Source of the DNA: Candidatus Caldarchaeum subterraneum
Lineage (GTDB): Archaea > Thermoproteota > Nitrososphaeria_A > Caldarchaeales > Caldarchaeaceae
Assembly (NCBI GenBank): GCA_000270325.1
Contig: BA000048.1
Location: forward strand, 1,413,481 to 1,477,480
DNA: 64,000 nt
Direction of reading: 5' to 3'
Shown: positions 35,690 to 45,868 of the stretch, piece after piece
Numbering within the stretch: position 1 is the first letter of the stretch
Layout of the letters: each line of letters begins with the position of its first letter
Translations under genes and position numbers: made by a program
Notes under the pieces: model-generated
Databases searched by the model: none
The model's input: only the letters and a program-made list of their open reading frames with translations
Told to the model about the DNA's origin: nothing

Positions 35690-37041
35690 ATCTCAACACC
35701 CGCAAGCCTGCGGCTGAGACGTAACAGCTTTCTCACCACATCATATGCATCGACGCCGAACACAACCGCCATAGGCTCCTTGCCCACATCTCCACGGTGA
35801 TAAACAACGTCCACCACGCCGCCTGCTTTTCTTATAGCCTCCTCTATCCCCCACGGAATGGTGCGTCCCTCCTCTTTCTTAACCTCCTCAGGCTCGGCGC
35901 CTCTGTCATATGATGAGACGCTTAGGCCAAGGGCCTCTAATGTGGAAAGTATTTCATCGTCGAATCGAATGTTGGCGGCGCTTTTTACGGATGGGTCATG
36001 TTTCATGGCTGTCAGTACGGCGTTGGCGACGTGTCGTGATGCGCCGAACCACGGCTCCAAGGCAGATGTGAACCCGTCAGGTGTTTTTACTATGCGGCCT
36101 GGTACACCCACCACATCTTCGGGCGAGGACGCGTATTCGGTTGCGACCACGATGTTTGACCCGCTCTCGGGAATTAACCGCTGGAAAGATTCTTCCCGCT
36201 CAATCATCTTCAACGCTTCTTTTAGCTGGCGGAGTGCTGTCAGTTTTTCGGAGTTTTCGTAGACGGCTCCTGTGGGGTGGACAGGGCCGTAGCCGCGTCC
36301 GATGTCTAATCCTCTTTTTATTGCTTCGTTTACGAACCTCTGGGCCGCTTGGACCGCTTGGGGGATTTTCCAGCCTTTGGCGAGGTAGGCCGCAGTGGCT
36401 GATGCGAATACGCATCCAGTTCCATGGGTGTTGCGTGTATGGATTTTCTCGGCGGCAAACTTGTATATGTTACCTGCGTACAGGAGGATGTCCATGGTTG
36501 TTTCACCGGGTAGGTGTCCACCCTTAACCACCACCGCCTCGGGCCCCATCTCAGCTATCCTATGAGCAGCATCCACCATTTCCTCAGCGGAGCTGATCTC
36601 GATGCCTGTCAACAGCTTTGCCTCGTTTATGTTTGGGGTTACCACGGTTGCCAGCGGCAGCAGCTTCTTCACGAGGGCGTCAACGGCGTTGGGCTTCAGC
36701 AATGGCGCACCACTCTTAGCGACCGCAACAGGGTCAACAACCAGTGGAACCTTTATCTCCGATAACTCGTCTGCAACAGATTCGATAATCTCCTCGCTGA
36801 ACAGCATGCCGGTTTTGACGGCGTCAACACCGATGTCAACGGTGACGACGCGTATCTGCTCCCTAATTATTTCGGCGGGTACTTGGTGAATAGCAGTTAC
36901 AGTTTCTGTGTTTTGGGCTGTTATGCAGGTGATGGCTGACATGCCGTGAACTCCGAGTGCGGCAAATGTTTTAAGGTCCGCTTGAATCCCGGCGCCACCG
37001 CCTGAGTCCGACCCTGCGACGGTCAGGACGCGTTTAACCAT
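35686..37041 (-). CDS. thiD: Bifunctional HMP/HMP-P kinase and thiamine-phosphate synthase ThiDN
   Basis: AGSDSGGGAGIQAD, TPNINEA, HGTGC plus C-terminal ThiN (IPESGSN, GASRHVA, GDVGKEPM). Confidence 0.92.
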   Translation of the reverse strand: MVKRVLTVAGSDSGGGAGIQADLKTFAALGVHGMSAITCITAQNTETVTAIHQVPAEIIREQIRVVTVDIGVDAVKTGMLFSEEIIESVADELSEIKVPLVVDPVAVAKSGAPLLKPNAVDALVKKLLPLATVVTPNINEAKLLTGIEISSAEEMVDAAHRIAEMGPEAVVVKGGHLPGETTMDILLYAGNIYKFAAEKIHTRNTHGTGCVFASATAAYLAKGWKIPQAVQAAQRFVNEAIKRGLDIGRGYGPVHPTGAVYENSEKLTALRQLKEALKMIEREESFQRLIPESGSNIVVATEYASSPEDVVGVPGRIVKTPDGFTSALEPWFGASRHVANAVLTAMKHDPSVKSAANIRFDDEILSTLEALGLSVSSYDRGAEPEEVKKEEGRTIPWGIEEAIRKAGGVVDVVYHRGDVGKEPMAVVFGVDAYDVVRKLLRLSRRLAGVEI

Positions 37042-38299
37042 GCCCATAGCTCCCCTCGGTGTTATAAAAGCTGAACCTTTTCTTGACAACCCCGGCAGAC
37101 CTTCTCTCTTCAGCCGTCATGTTGAACACATTCTGGAGCATGTCCAGATAGTTTTTAGAAGGTTCTACGCCTCTTCGCGACATCATTCTCTTGGCTGTTT
37201 CGAGGGCCTGCTCGATGTTGAGCTCAATTTTTTCCGTGGGTGTGTGTATTGTGTAGGATGGGATGTCTGTCTGAGCTTCTCGGTAGACGTGGCTTGCTAC
37301 TCCGATTTTTACACCGCCTGAAACCATGGTGCCTATTCCTGTTTTGACGTGGTCTGCGAAGAATGAGCCGAGGAACTGTCTCCCGGTTTCGACCCTTCTG
37401 CCCTCAACGGTCATTCTAAAGCTGCCGTAGGTGTTTTTCATGTTGGAGACTGTTGTTCCAGCGGCTATGTTCACCCACTCGCCCACCACGCTGTGTCCCA
37501 AAAACCCGTAATGCCTCTTGTTGGAATATCCCATAAAGACACATCCCTCAACCTCGCCGCCAACTCTGCACACGGGCCCGAAAGAGCAGCTCGCGATGTA
37601 TGAGTTTGGGAAAATGCGGGATGATTTCCCAACATAGCATGGACCAACAATTTTCGTGAACGACTCCACAACAACGCCCTCATCAAGCACAATTGGGCCT
37701 TTCCTATCATCCAAGACCACATGATTATCCAATTCAACCTCCCCGCGGGCAAACACAAGGTCTCTCTGACCGTAACTTGTCTTTTCTCCGAAAACCTCAT
37801 CCAGAATTAGCTTGGGTGAGAGCTCAACTATGTCCCACAGGTTGTTGACGAGGTTCGCCTCCAGCTCCCTCTTGGTCAAGTGGTGCACCGGGATTTCGAC
37901 CCTTTTTCCCGGCGTTGTCAGGCTTTGCCAGAAATTTTCGGGGAGGTCTGGCTCGGCCAGCTTAACTGCCGCAACTTCTCCACCAACGTAGAATACACAG
38001 CCGGGTTCTGCTTTTCTGAGCGTCTCCGCCACCACCTTGTTTACGACGAGTCTACCGTTGATGAGTAATGTTTCGCCCTCTGTCGGCGGCATGTTTACAA
38101 TGGCCTCTGGATACTTCTCCCCCAAGACCTGTGAGAGATGTTGTCTTGTGTAGAGATGGATTTGCGCCACGTCGGTGAAGTGGTGTTTTATTTTCTCGAC
38201 GTTGGTGCCGGTTCCTATGAATATGTCGTAGACGGGTTTTGTGGTTGTTAGGGGCCAGAACCGCAGTAGGCCGGGGTCCTCGTAGACGCAGATGTTCAT
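37034..38299 (-). CDS. GlmU-related sugar nucleotidyltransferase-like/hexapeptide-repeat protein
   Basis: YED...FWPLTTTKPVYDI, left-handed beta-helix, SNKRHYGFLGHSVVGEWVN. Confidence 0.75.
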   Translation of the reverse strand: MNICVYEDPGLLRFWPLTTTKPVYDIFIGTGTNVEKIKHHFTDVAQIHLYTRQHLSQVLGEKYPEAIVNMPPTEGETLLINGRLVVNKVVAETLRKAEPGCVFYVGGEVAAVKLAEPDLPENFWQSLTTPGKRVEIPVHHLTKRELEANLVNNLWDIVELSPKLILDEVFGEKTSYGQRDLVFARGEVELDNHVVLDDRKGPIVLDEGVVVESFTKIVGPCYVGKSSRIFPNSYIASCSFGPVCRVGGEVEGCVFMGYSNKRHYGFLGHSVVGEWVNIAAGTTVSNMKNTYGSFRMTVEGRRVETGRQFLGSFFADHVKTGIGTMVSGGVKIGVASHVYREAQTDIPSYTIHTPTEKIELNIEQALETAKRMMSRRGVEPSKNYLDMLQNVFNMTAEERRSAGVVKKRFSFYNTEGSYGHG

Positions 38300-38310
38300 G
38301 AGGCTTCTTG

Positions 38311-38865
38311 TCAACGGCTGGAATTAAGGTTGATAACTATGTTAACATGCTTTGATAGTTCCTCTACTCTCCGTTTCTCCGATTCCGTGAGACCTGTTCC
38401 AAAGTCCTCGGCCAGCCTTGTTCCGTAGTAGGCTGTCGCGATGAAGGTGGAGGCTTTCTCAACATATGCAAGTAGCTCAGCTGCCTCGGCTCCGTGGAGA
38501 AATATAGTGACGTCGTTGACTGCGAGGACAGGTGTCGGATTCTGAATAAATTCATTGAATAGTCTCTTGGCGGTCTCGAGATTTGAGTGGACGTATTTTT
38601 TGAGTTCTTCCGCGTTGCATGCCATGAGCCGTGGTGCGTAGATGTTGGGTGGTCGCTTGTAGTGGAGGCCGTCGACTCTCATGTGTTCTGTTAATGGGCC
38701 GCCTACGTCCATTATGCGTGGGGGCGCGAGGTCTATGACGGTTATGCTGCATGGCCCCAGCTTGGTGAGAAGGTTCTGGAGGACTTGGGCGAGGAGGCTT
38801 GTTTTTCCCGAGCCTGCCTCTCCGATGATAAGGGTTCTTTTGCCCAGCAGCTCCTCGGGGTTCAA
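38311..38865 (-). CDS. Small P-loop NTPase
   Basis: TLIIGEAGSGKT Walker A, VLAVND Walker B-like; 184 aa. Confidence 0.7.
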   Translation of the reverse strand: MNPEELLGKRTLIIGEAGSGKTSLLAQVLQNLLTKLGPCSITVIDLAPPRIMDVGGPLTEHMRVDGLHYKRPPNIYAPRLMACNAEELKKYVHSNLETAKRLFNEFIQNPTPVLAVNDVTIFLHGAEAAELLAYVEKASTFIATAYYGTRLAEDFGTGLTESEKRRVEELSKHVNIVINLNSSR

Positions 38866-39443
38866 CGCTGTCTGCGTATTGTTGCGGTGATGGCTCTGGA
38901 TATAACTCCATATCTTTCTGCCGCGAGTAGGAAGAGGAATCCCGCCACAGTGCCTATGATGGAGCTAACGGCCCAGCCTCCCCAGAGCAAGAGAAGGGCT
39001 GGCCAGAACCCGAGTGTCTCAAGGTTACGGAGCATGACTGCCGCGGGCCCCACCGCTGGCCCTATACCCGGCGCCACTACCGCGAGCGCTATTGTTCCAC
39101 CTATCAACACAGTGCCTATTGGTTCTGCGAAAGCAGCCAGATACCTTAGACGAGGATTCCGTAATCTTTTAAGCAGAATGTAGAATAGGCCGACCAACAC
39201 CGCTCCGGGAATGCCGCCCGGGTATGCGAACACTGTCCCCGTTCCCAGCGCAATCCGCACTGTTCCGATTATGATTGCGACAATTGCTCCCCAGAGCGGG
39301 CCCAGCAGAACGCCTGAGAGTACGTTGATGAAATGCTGGCCCGGAAAAGCTCTTGACCCAAGCCATTCAAACATCATGGGAGATATTACTATCCCTAGAG
39401 CGCTCAAAGCCGATGCTAGAGCCACTTTTTTGGAGAGGTTCAT
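38862..39443 (-). CDS. thiW: ECF S-component ThiW (thiazole transporter)
   Basis: AFPGQHFINVLSGVLLGP, GTGTVFAYPGG, EPIGT. Confidence 0.88.
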   Translation of the reverse strand: MNLSKKVALASALSALGIVISPMMFEWLGSRAFPGQHFINVLSGVLLGPLWGAIVAIIIGTVRIALGTGTVFAYPGGIPGAVLVGLFYILLKRLRNPRLRYLAAFAEPIGTVLIGGTIALAVVAPGIGPAVGPAAVMLRNLETLGFWPALLLLWGGWAVSSIIGTVAGFLFLLAAERYGVISRAITATIRRQR

Positions 39444-39488
39444 GTAATTGCTGTGTTTCTAAAGGATATAAGGATATGAATAAGTGGC

Positions 39489-39895
39489 TTATTTCCAAAC
39501 CCAGTAGCTGCTCGTCAGGTAGTTGACAGCCATGCCAGCCAACACGCCCACGATGTTGGAAACCAGATAAAATATCCCCAGGAAATCGGTTAGGAGATAT
39601 AGGATGCCTAGCGAAGTTATGGTTCCCGCTATTCTTGAGCCGTGGAATTTGAGAGGCGTCCGGGTATGCCTGTGGGCCCTGCTCTGTCTCGGAAGGTCCA
39701 GTACTCGTTGAGGAAAAAGTTGTTGAGAATAGAGATTTCGAGGCTTATAACGGCGGCTATGAGATACAGCCTCTCGCCAAAGACATAGTTTGTGAGCAGG
39801 AAGAGCGCTACTGTGTTTACGACGAGGCCGACGCCGCCCACCACGCTAAACTTGATGAGCCTCGGGATATCTAAGCTCCTTAGAAAACTTCTCAT
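39489..39895 (-). pseudogene. GtrA-family flippase-like protein with a frameshift near 39652
   Basis: KFSVVGG...NNFFLNEYWTF, then in another frame KFHGSRIAG...VSNIVGV...NYLTSSYWVWK*. Confidence 0.75.
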
Positions 39896-39899
39896 CTCT

Positions 39900-40991
39900 T
39901 CACCCTTCTGAGAAGATGTTGAGGCTTGTCTGGCCTGAGACAGGCTTAAGTCCTGTGAACCTCACTCCAACACGTCTAAGCATCATCTTCTCATCTGTCT
40001 CGAGAAGTTTTGTCAAGAGAATGCGCAGGGTTCTCAAAACCTCGTCGAGAGACGCTCCAAACCGTATGTCAGCCTGTCGAGTGATTGTTTCTAGACGCGT
40101 GGTTATAGCTATCAACCCTATCTTTGAGGCGAAAAACTTAGCCGACGCAAGCCTCGTGTAAGCCTGTGAAGCGGCTGCCGCAAGCGTCTCCATGACCTCC
40201 TCGACTTCGCGAGTGTTCCGTTTAAGGGTGACTATTTTGCTCAACTGCTTAGGCGGAGGCCTCTCCTCTATAACCTCGTCATAAATTCCCCTTGAAGCTA
40301 GGTAAAGGTATTGGGCTTTCTTTGGCCCGAAAAGTTCCTCGAGCTTCTCCAGACTTTGACGCGAAAGGTCGCCGACTGTTTTGATTTGGTGCTCGGCGAG
40401 GATTGACTCTGTTTTAGCCCCTATGCCGGGCAGGTTCTTGACAGGAAGGTCACTTAGGAACTCTTCCAAATTTTCTGGTTTCACGACTGTGAGGCCATCA
40501 GGCTTCGAGTAATCGGCCGCCATCTTAGCTACGACACGGTTAGGGCCTATCCCAACGCTGCAAGTTAAACCAAAATTTGCCCTGATCATTTCCTTAACTT
40601 CTTTCGCGAATTCCTCGGCCTCGGCGTAGTCGCTTCCCACGGCCTGTGTAACATCCATCACGGCCTCGTCTACGCTCTCCACACGGAGGGGTGTGTTGAA
40701 TTTCTTGAGGTTGTCCATGATTTGGCGCGAGATGTTTGCATAGTGTTCTAGCCGCACGGGAAGAATTACTGCCTCCTCTGGTAGAAGCTTCTTGGCTGCT
40801 TTTATGGGCATTCCTGCTTTTACCCCGAATCTTCTCGCCACATAGTTTGCTGAGCTCACTACTCCGCTGTCGGAAGTTCTTCCTGAGAAGACGCATACGC
40901 AGAGCGGCTTACCCCTTAGCTCAGGGTTTTCGACCTCCTCAATCTGGGCGAAAAAATAGTCAAGGTCTAGGAATAGAACAATCCGCGGCAA
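39900..40991 (-). CDS. dinB: Y-family DNA polymerase IV (DinB/Dpo4)
   Basis: DLDYFFAQ, ANYVAR, SVDEA, AKMAAD..KPDG, LPGIG; start TTG 40991 (upstream part of the ORF is antisense to the HDAC gene). Confidence 0.93.
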   Translation of the reverse strand: MPRIVLFLDLDYFFAQIEEVENPELRGKPLCVCVFSGRTSDSGVVSSANYVARRFGVKAGMPIKAAKKLLPEEAVILPVRLEHYANISRQIMDNLKKFNTPLRVESVDEAVMDVTQAVGSDYAEAEEFAKEVKEMIRANFGLTCSVGIGPNRVVAKMAADYSKPDGLTVVKPENLEEFLSDLPVKNLPGIGAKTESILAEHQIKTVGDLSRQSLEKLEELFGPKKAQYLYLASRGIYDEVIEERPPPKQLSKIVTLKRNTREVEEVMETLAAAASQAYTRLASAKFFASKIGLIAITTRLETITRQADIRFGASLDEVLRTLRILLTKLLETDEKMMLRRVGVRFTGLKPVSGQTSLNIFSEG

Positions 40992-41047
40992 TTCCGGAAA
41001 ATCTTCCTCGGAACGGTATAAAAGCCTCCACGCATTACATAGAGGTG

Positions 41048-41998
41048 ATGCGTAGGATAGGGATTGCTCGGGGGCCACAGCTTTTTCTATACAGTTTTCC
41101 CGAGCCGCATCCCTTGAACAGGGTAAGGCTTGAGGCCTTCTACCAAAAGCTTGACAGCGAAGGGAAAAATTTGCAGGGTTTGTTGTTTGTCGAGCCGGAA
41201 AAAGCAGGGAAAGACGATGTGATGCTTTTCCACACACCTGCTTATGTCGAGTTTGTCGAAGAAAGATGCAGGGTGGGAAAAGGTTACCTCGACTACGGTG
41301 ACACACCCGCTTTCCCGGGCTGTTTCGAAGCAGCTTCATACGTCGTTGGAACAACGCTTAAACTGCTACGCATGATTATCTCCGGCGAGATTTCGGCAGG
41401 TTTCAACCCGATGGGTGGCCTGCATCACGCGAGACGTGACAGAGCTGGCGGGTTCTGCATATTTAACGATGCCGGGGTGGCCATCGAGTATCTCCTCAGA
41501 CGCGAAAACATGCGGAACGTCGCCTACGTAGACATTGATGCTCATCATGGAGACGGTGTCTGCTATGACTTCTACAGCGAAAAGCGTGTGATTTTCGCCG
41601 ACATCCATCAAGATGGGCGCACACTTTACCCGGGGACAGGTTTTCGAAATGAGACAGGCGAGGGTGAGGCGCGTGGAACCAAGCTCAACATTCCGCTTTT
41701 GCCCTATTCGGGTGACGAGGAGTTTTTCCAAGCATTTCAGGAGGTTGAGCAATTTCTCGAGAAACATGAGTTTGATTTTCTGCTGCTACAGTGTGGAGCT
41801 GACGGGTTGATGGGAGACCCGCTTACAAACCTCCAATACTCTGCGAGGGCCCACGGCTACGCGGCTTCGAGGCTTCTCAAGATTGCTGAGAAGAAGTGTG
41901 GAGGTAGGATTCTCGCGATGGGTGGAGGAGGATATGACCCTGTGAATGTGGCGCATGCGTGGACAGCCGTTGTGAAGGCGTTTGCAGAGCAGGGTTAG
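41048..41998 (+). CDS. Histone deacetylase family (AcuC-like) deacetylase
   Basis: GGLHHA, GFCIFND, DIDAHHGDG, YPGTG, GADG, GGGGY. Confidence 0.92.
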   Translation: MRRIGIARGPQLFLYSFPEPHPLNRVRLEAFYQKLDSEGKNLQGLLFVEPEKAGKDDVMLFHTPAYVEFVEERCRVGKGYLDYGDTPAFPGCFEAASYVVGTTLKLLRMIISGEISAGFNPMGGLHHARRDRAGGFCIFNDAGVAIEYLLRRENMRNVAYVDIDAHHGDGVCYDFYSEKRVIFADIHQDGRTLYPGTGFRNETGEGEARGTKLNIPLLPYSGDEEFFQAFQEVEQFLEKHEFDFLLLQCGADGLMGDPLTNLQYSARAHGYAASRLLKIAEKKCGGRILAMGGGGYDPVNVAHAWTAVVKAFAEQG

Positions 41999-42614
41999 GG
42001 TTGGGAAAAAGGGGATAAGAGCACTCGGCGTCGCCGAGAGTTTTAGGAAGCGGCTGGGCTCACGCGCTGTTCTCGCAGGCGTCGTGATGAGGTCGGACCT
42101 GCTGGTGGACGGGTTTGTTTTCGGCGCCTGCACCGTTGGTGGCATGGACTCCACCGAGGCAGTTCTAGAGATGTGGCAGCGTCTCGGCCGCATGGACATC
42201 AACGTGGTCCTGTTGAGCGGAAGCGTAATCAGCTGGTTTAACGTCGTCGACCTCAACAAGCTTCATCAAACAATAGGCACTCCCTTGATATGCCTCAGCT
42301 ACCGCGATTCACGTGGTCTTGAGGAGGTTTTTAGGAGAAGGTTTCCGAGTGACTGGGAGCAGCGTCTTAGTGTTCACCTTCGCAACGGCGAAAGAAGCGA
42401 TGTAGTTCTGAAGACAGGCTACAAAGTCTATGTGCGATGCTTTGGTCTGCTGCCCACCGATGCCAAAACAGTTCTCGACAAGTTCACTGTCGACGGACGC
42501 TTCCCCGAGCCCGTTAGACTGGCTAAGCTTCTTGCGAGAGGAGCGTTAAACTATCTTGAGCCTTTTCTCGGCTCTGAATCCGGGTTCGCTGACGTAGGCC
42601 GGGAAACCACCTGA
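41982..42614 (+). CDS. DUF99 (endonuclease V-like) protein
   Basis: LGVAESF, VGGMDST, FNVVDL, PEPVRLA. Confidence 0.8.
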   Translation: MQSRVRVGKKGIRALGVAESFRKRLGSRAVLAGVVMRSDLLVDGFVFGACTVGGMDSTEAVLEMWQRLGRMDINVVLLSGSVISWFNVVDLNKLHQTIGTPLICLSYRDSRGLEEVFRRRFPSDWEQRLSVHLRNGERSDVVLKTGYKVYVRCFGLLPTDAKTVLDKFTVDGRFPEPVRLAKLLARGALNYLEPFLGSESGFADVGRETT

Positions 42615-43595
42615 CAAAACTTCCACACCCTCACTGAAAACAGACCCCTCGCCCAAAACCGAGTTAACCAAATGCGAGCCGGGGCCGAGAAAACACTTCT
42701 CCAAGACCACAGAACCCGCTACCCTGCTTCTCCTACCTATGAATGAGCCTTGGCAAATGTAGCAAGGCCCCTCCAAAACCGAGCCCGACTCTATCACGCA
42801 TCCTTCCTCAACCATGACAGGACCATTTAGCTCGACATCCTCCCCCAACACAGTCCCCTCATCAATCGAGATGGCTTCGCCAAGGAAGTTGCTAAGGTAA
42901 ACATGGTTAACTCTGAGATAGTCCGCGGGCAGTCCGACATCAAACCACCAGCTTCTATCAAACACCTTCACACCGACGATGTGTCCCTGCGCGGCCAGCT
43001 GGTTGACTGCATCGGTCAGCTCTATCTCCCCGCGTTCAGAGAAACCCACCATCTCAAGGGCCTTGAAGATGTTTTTGCTGAAGATGTATATGCCTGCGTT
43101 CACGATTTTACCCGCGCCCGTCTTCTCCTCTATCTTGACCAGCCGCTCACCATCAAGCTTGATAGAGCCAAATCTCTTGCTCTCCTCCAGTTCCACAGCC
43201 GCCAACACGCTGTCAAACCCGCCCTCACGCCAAAAACCAAGCAACCGCCGCAGAACCATGTCGTTTACCGTAACGTCGCCGTAAACCACGAGAAAAACAT
43301 CTTCTCCCTCCAAAAACTCCCTACATTCTTTCAAGGCCTGGCCGGTGCCGAGAAGCTTCTTCTGCTCTATGAATGTCAGCCGTGGCCTATGAAGGTTCTT
43401 AAGGGCTTCCACCGCGTCATGTCCATGGTATCCAACTAGAACACCGACATCATCTATTCCAGCCGTGGAAAGGGCCTCGACAACCCATCTAATCAACGGC
43501 TTACCTGCGACGGGCAAAACATGCTTGGGTCTATTAATTGTCAGAGGCCTCAGCCTCTTACCGTAGCCAGCCGCGAAAACCACCGCTTTCAACAA
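42546..43595 (-). CDS. Sugar-phosphate nucleotidyltransferase with hexapeptide repeats
   Basis: AAGYGKRLRPLT..RPK, LGTG, EEK, ERGEIELTDA, WFDVG. Confidence 0.9.
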   Translation of the reverse strand: MLKAVVFAAGYGKRLRPLTINRPKHVLPVAGKPLIRWVVEALSTAGIDDVGVLVGYHGHDAVEALKNLHRPRLTFIEQKKLLGTGQALKECREFLEGEDVFLVVYGDVTVNDMVLRRLLGFWREGGFDSVLAAVELEESKRFGSIKLDGERLVKIEEKTGAGKIVNAGIYIFSKNIFKALEMVGFSERGEIELTDAVNQLAAQGHIVGVKVFDRSWWFDVGLPADYLRVNHVYLSNFLGEAISIDEGTVLGEDVELNGPVMVEEGCVIESGSVLEGPCYICQGSFIGRRSRVAGSVVLEKCFLGPGSHLVNSVLGEGSVFSEGVEVLSGGFPAYVSEPGFRAEKRLKIV

Positions 43596-43636
43596 ATTAT
43601 TACTTTAAAAACGCCTTATCAAGATACTTTCGAGGG

Positions 43637-44644
43637 ATGGCTCTCACTTTTGTGGGCGGTGGATTGGGCAGATTTGAGCATCTGACCATCGAGGCGCTTG
43701 AAACCGTGAAAAATGCGGAGAAAATCTATGTGGATACTTATACGAGCTTCTGGGCAGCTGACTTTTTCGACAAGCTCAGAGAGGCCGCGGGCCATGTTGT
43801 TGCAGCTGACCGGAAAATGCTCGAGGACAACGTTCACAAGCTTGTCTCAGAGGCCGTGGAAAATGAGATAGTTTTGCTGACCCCGGGAGACCCGTTTATA
43901 GCCACAACCCACCTCGCCATCAGAACACTCGCACACAGAAAAAACGTTTCAGTAAAAGTTGTCCACGGCGTTTCAGCGGTTTCAGCAGCGGTAAGCTCCT
44001 CAGGCCTCCACATCTACAAGTTCGGCAAAACAGCCACCATCCCAAAAACAACCGACTCCAACATGCTAAACGAAATCTTCAAAACAATCGAGACAAACCT
44101 CTCAAACAACCTCCACACCCTACTTCTTCTAGACACATCAGACAACGGACTCACAATTCCGGAAGCTGTAAAACAGCTACTCGACTACTCAAAACAACAT
44201 GGAAAAAACTTCATAAACCAAAACACGCTCATGGTGGCTTTAGCGAGGCTAGGGTTCCCGGACAACATGACCCTTGCCGCGCCCGCCGAGAAACTCATGA
44301 TACACAACTTTCCCCCGCCACCACACTCAATCATCATACCCTCGAGCCTCCACTTCACAGAAGAAGAAATTCTACAAACTTTCCACAAAGGCCCTTTATG
44401 CATCGCGGAAAACCCGTTAAAAAGCAGAGTAATGAACTATGTCGCAAAATGCCGGAGAATACTTGCCGAGCTTAGCGACTTTCATGAGCTCACAGACTAT
44501 CTTGGATATGTCTCAAGGTATGTGGAGGACGCTGAGCGCTTCGTGAAGGACGGGAATATGGTTGATGCACTTCTGGCGATAGGTTATGCGGAGGGCTTGC
44601 TTGACGCTCTGAGGCTGAGAGGCGAGGTGACATTTACTTGGTGA
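43637..44644 (+). CDS. dph5: Diphthine synthase Dph5 fused to DUF357
   Basis: YTS, GDPFIATTH, GLHIYKFG, HTLLLLD, PPHSIIIP..LHF.E; C-terminal YVEDAERF...YAEGLLDA. Confidence 0.9.
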   Translation: MALTFVGGGLGRFEHLTIEALETVKNAEKIYVDTYTSFWAADFFDKLREAAGHVVAADRKMLEDNVHKLVSEAVENEIVLLTPGDPFIATTHLAIRTLAHRKNVSVKVVHGVSAVSAAVSSSGLHIYKFGKTATIPKTTDSNMLNEIFKTIETNLSNNLHTLLLLDTSDNGLTIPEAVKQLLDYSKQHGKNFINQNTLMVALARLGFPDNMTLAAPAEKLMIHNFPPPPHSIIIPSSLHFTEEEILQTFHKGPLCIAENPLKSRVMNYVAKCRRILAELSDFHELTDYLGYVSRYVEDAERFVKDGNMVDALLAIGYAEGLLDALRLRGEVTFTW

Positions 44645-45096
44645 AGAGCAGAACCGTTCTAACGACAGGAGCCTTCGACATCCTTCATCTCGGACACATG
44701 CTCATGCTAAAGGATGCCAAAAAACTCGCGGGCCCACGTGGGAAACTAGTCGTGGTCGTGGCCTCCGATAAAACAGTTAGACGCAATAAAGGACGCGCAC
44801 CCATATTCGGTGCACGTGAGAGGAAAAAGATGCTCCAATTCCTCAAGCCGGTTGACGAAGTGTTGATCGGCTATGACCCGGTCTCTTTTGAAAAAATTTT
44901 GAGGAAAGTTAGGCCGGATATCGTCGCTTTCGGCTATGACCAGCGGAAAATACGCGACCAGTTTCTGAGATTCTGCCGGGAGAGAAAGGTTAAGGTAAGG
45001 GTTGTGACGCTTAGGAAGCACAACGTCAACCCTGTTAGCAGCAGCGATGTTGTGAAACGGGTTCTAAGCCTCGGAAAGCGCGTAAGACGTCTTTAA
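44638..45096 (+). CDS. ribL: FAD synthase RibL (cytidyltransferase family)
   Basis: GAFDILHLGH, VVVASD, PDIVAFGYDQ, SSS; next to riboflavin kinase. Confidence 0.78.
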   Translation: MVKSRTVLTTGAFDILHLGHMLMLKDAKKLAGPRGKLVVVVASDKTVRRNKGRAPIFGARERKKMLQFLKPVDEVLIGYDPVSFEKILRKVRPDIVAFGYDQRKIRDQFLRFCRERKVKVRVVTLRKHNVNPVSSSDVVKRVLSLGKRVRRL

Positions 45097-45788
45097 CCCT
45101 TCATAGAATATTTTTGGCTGTAGTGTCGCCGAGATTTTGACAAGCGAGCCGTCGACTAGTCCCAGTTTTTCCCTTAGATTGTGTTGGGCTATGAGTCTGC
45201 GACGGAGTTGTCGTATAGTGTGCGTTCGGGGAAAATCATGTAGGCTGGCTCTGTGTCGTTTACGGTTACCCTTACTGCCTTGACGTCACCGTATGTTCTT
45301 TTCTCGTCTCTAAACCCGTGTATCTCTATGTCAGCGTATTTCTGGAGAAGCATCTTGTTTTCTATCGAGTCTTTCGAGAGCAGTGTGATGTTCAAGGTTC
45401 CGGGATAGGGGATGAAGCCGAGTTTCTCCTGCATCTGCTTGACATAGTTGGGGAGAGACATGTAGTAAACGCCCTCACCGTATCCCGTGAAAACTCTGCC
45501 CTCAAGGACAACCTTGACGGGCCTCTCGAAAATCATTTTCAGTGTAAGGTATAGGTCCAGCAGTCTTGCAACACCTTTTTGCGTAAGCTTGACGTAGCTT
45601 GTTCGGCCCACAACCCGGCGCTCAATCAACCCCTCCTTCTCAAGAAGTATCAAAAGCCTCGAGGCTGACTGCTGACTGGTTGAGAACTGTCGAGAAAGGA
45701 TTGGGGTGGTGATTTTGAGACTAGAGGTTATAGCGCCTGCTTCGGCGAGGTATATCAACACTCTTTCGCGGAGAGAGAGGTTTGCCAC
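45064..45788 (-). CDS. ribK: wHTH-fused CTP-dependent riboflavin kinase (RibK/RbkR) with a frameshift near 45196
   Basis: SQQSASRLL HTH, GRVFTGYGEG..Y, PYPGTLN; expected C-terminus LIAQHNLREKLGLVDG is in a shifted frame. Confidence 0.85.
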
Positions 45789-45868
45789 GTCAATTTTTTC
45801 AAGCCTTTAGCTTGATTTAAACGTAAGATCTGGTTAAACGGGGTGAAAAATGGGCGTAACGTTGAGAA

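Noticed and set aside
39444..39488. TPP riboswitch or ThiR site upstream of thiW
   Set aside because: Only 45 nt and no riboswitch core; the AAGGATAT repeat overlaps the probable TATA and is too short to call
40736..41354. Apparent 600-bp antisense overlap of dinB and the deacetylase
   Set aside because: Artefact of longest-ORF calling; conserved domains begin at 40991 (-) and 41048 (+)
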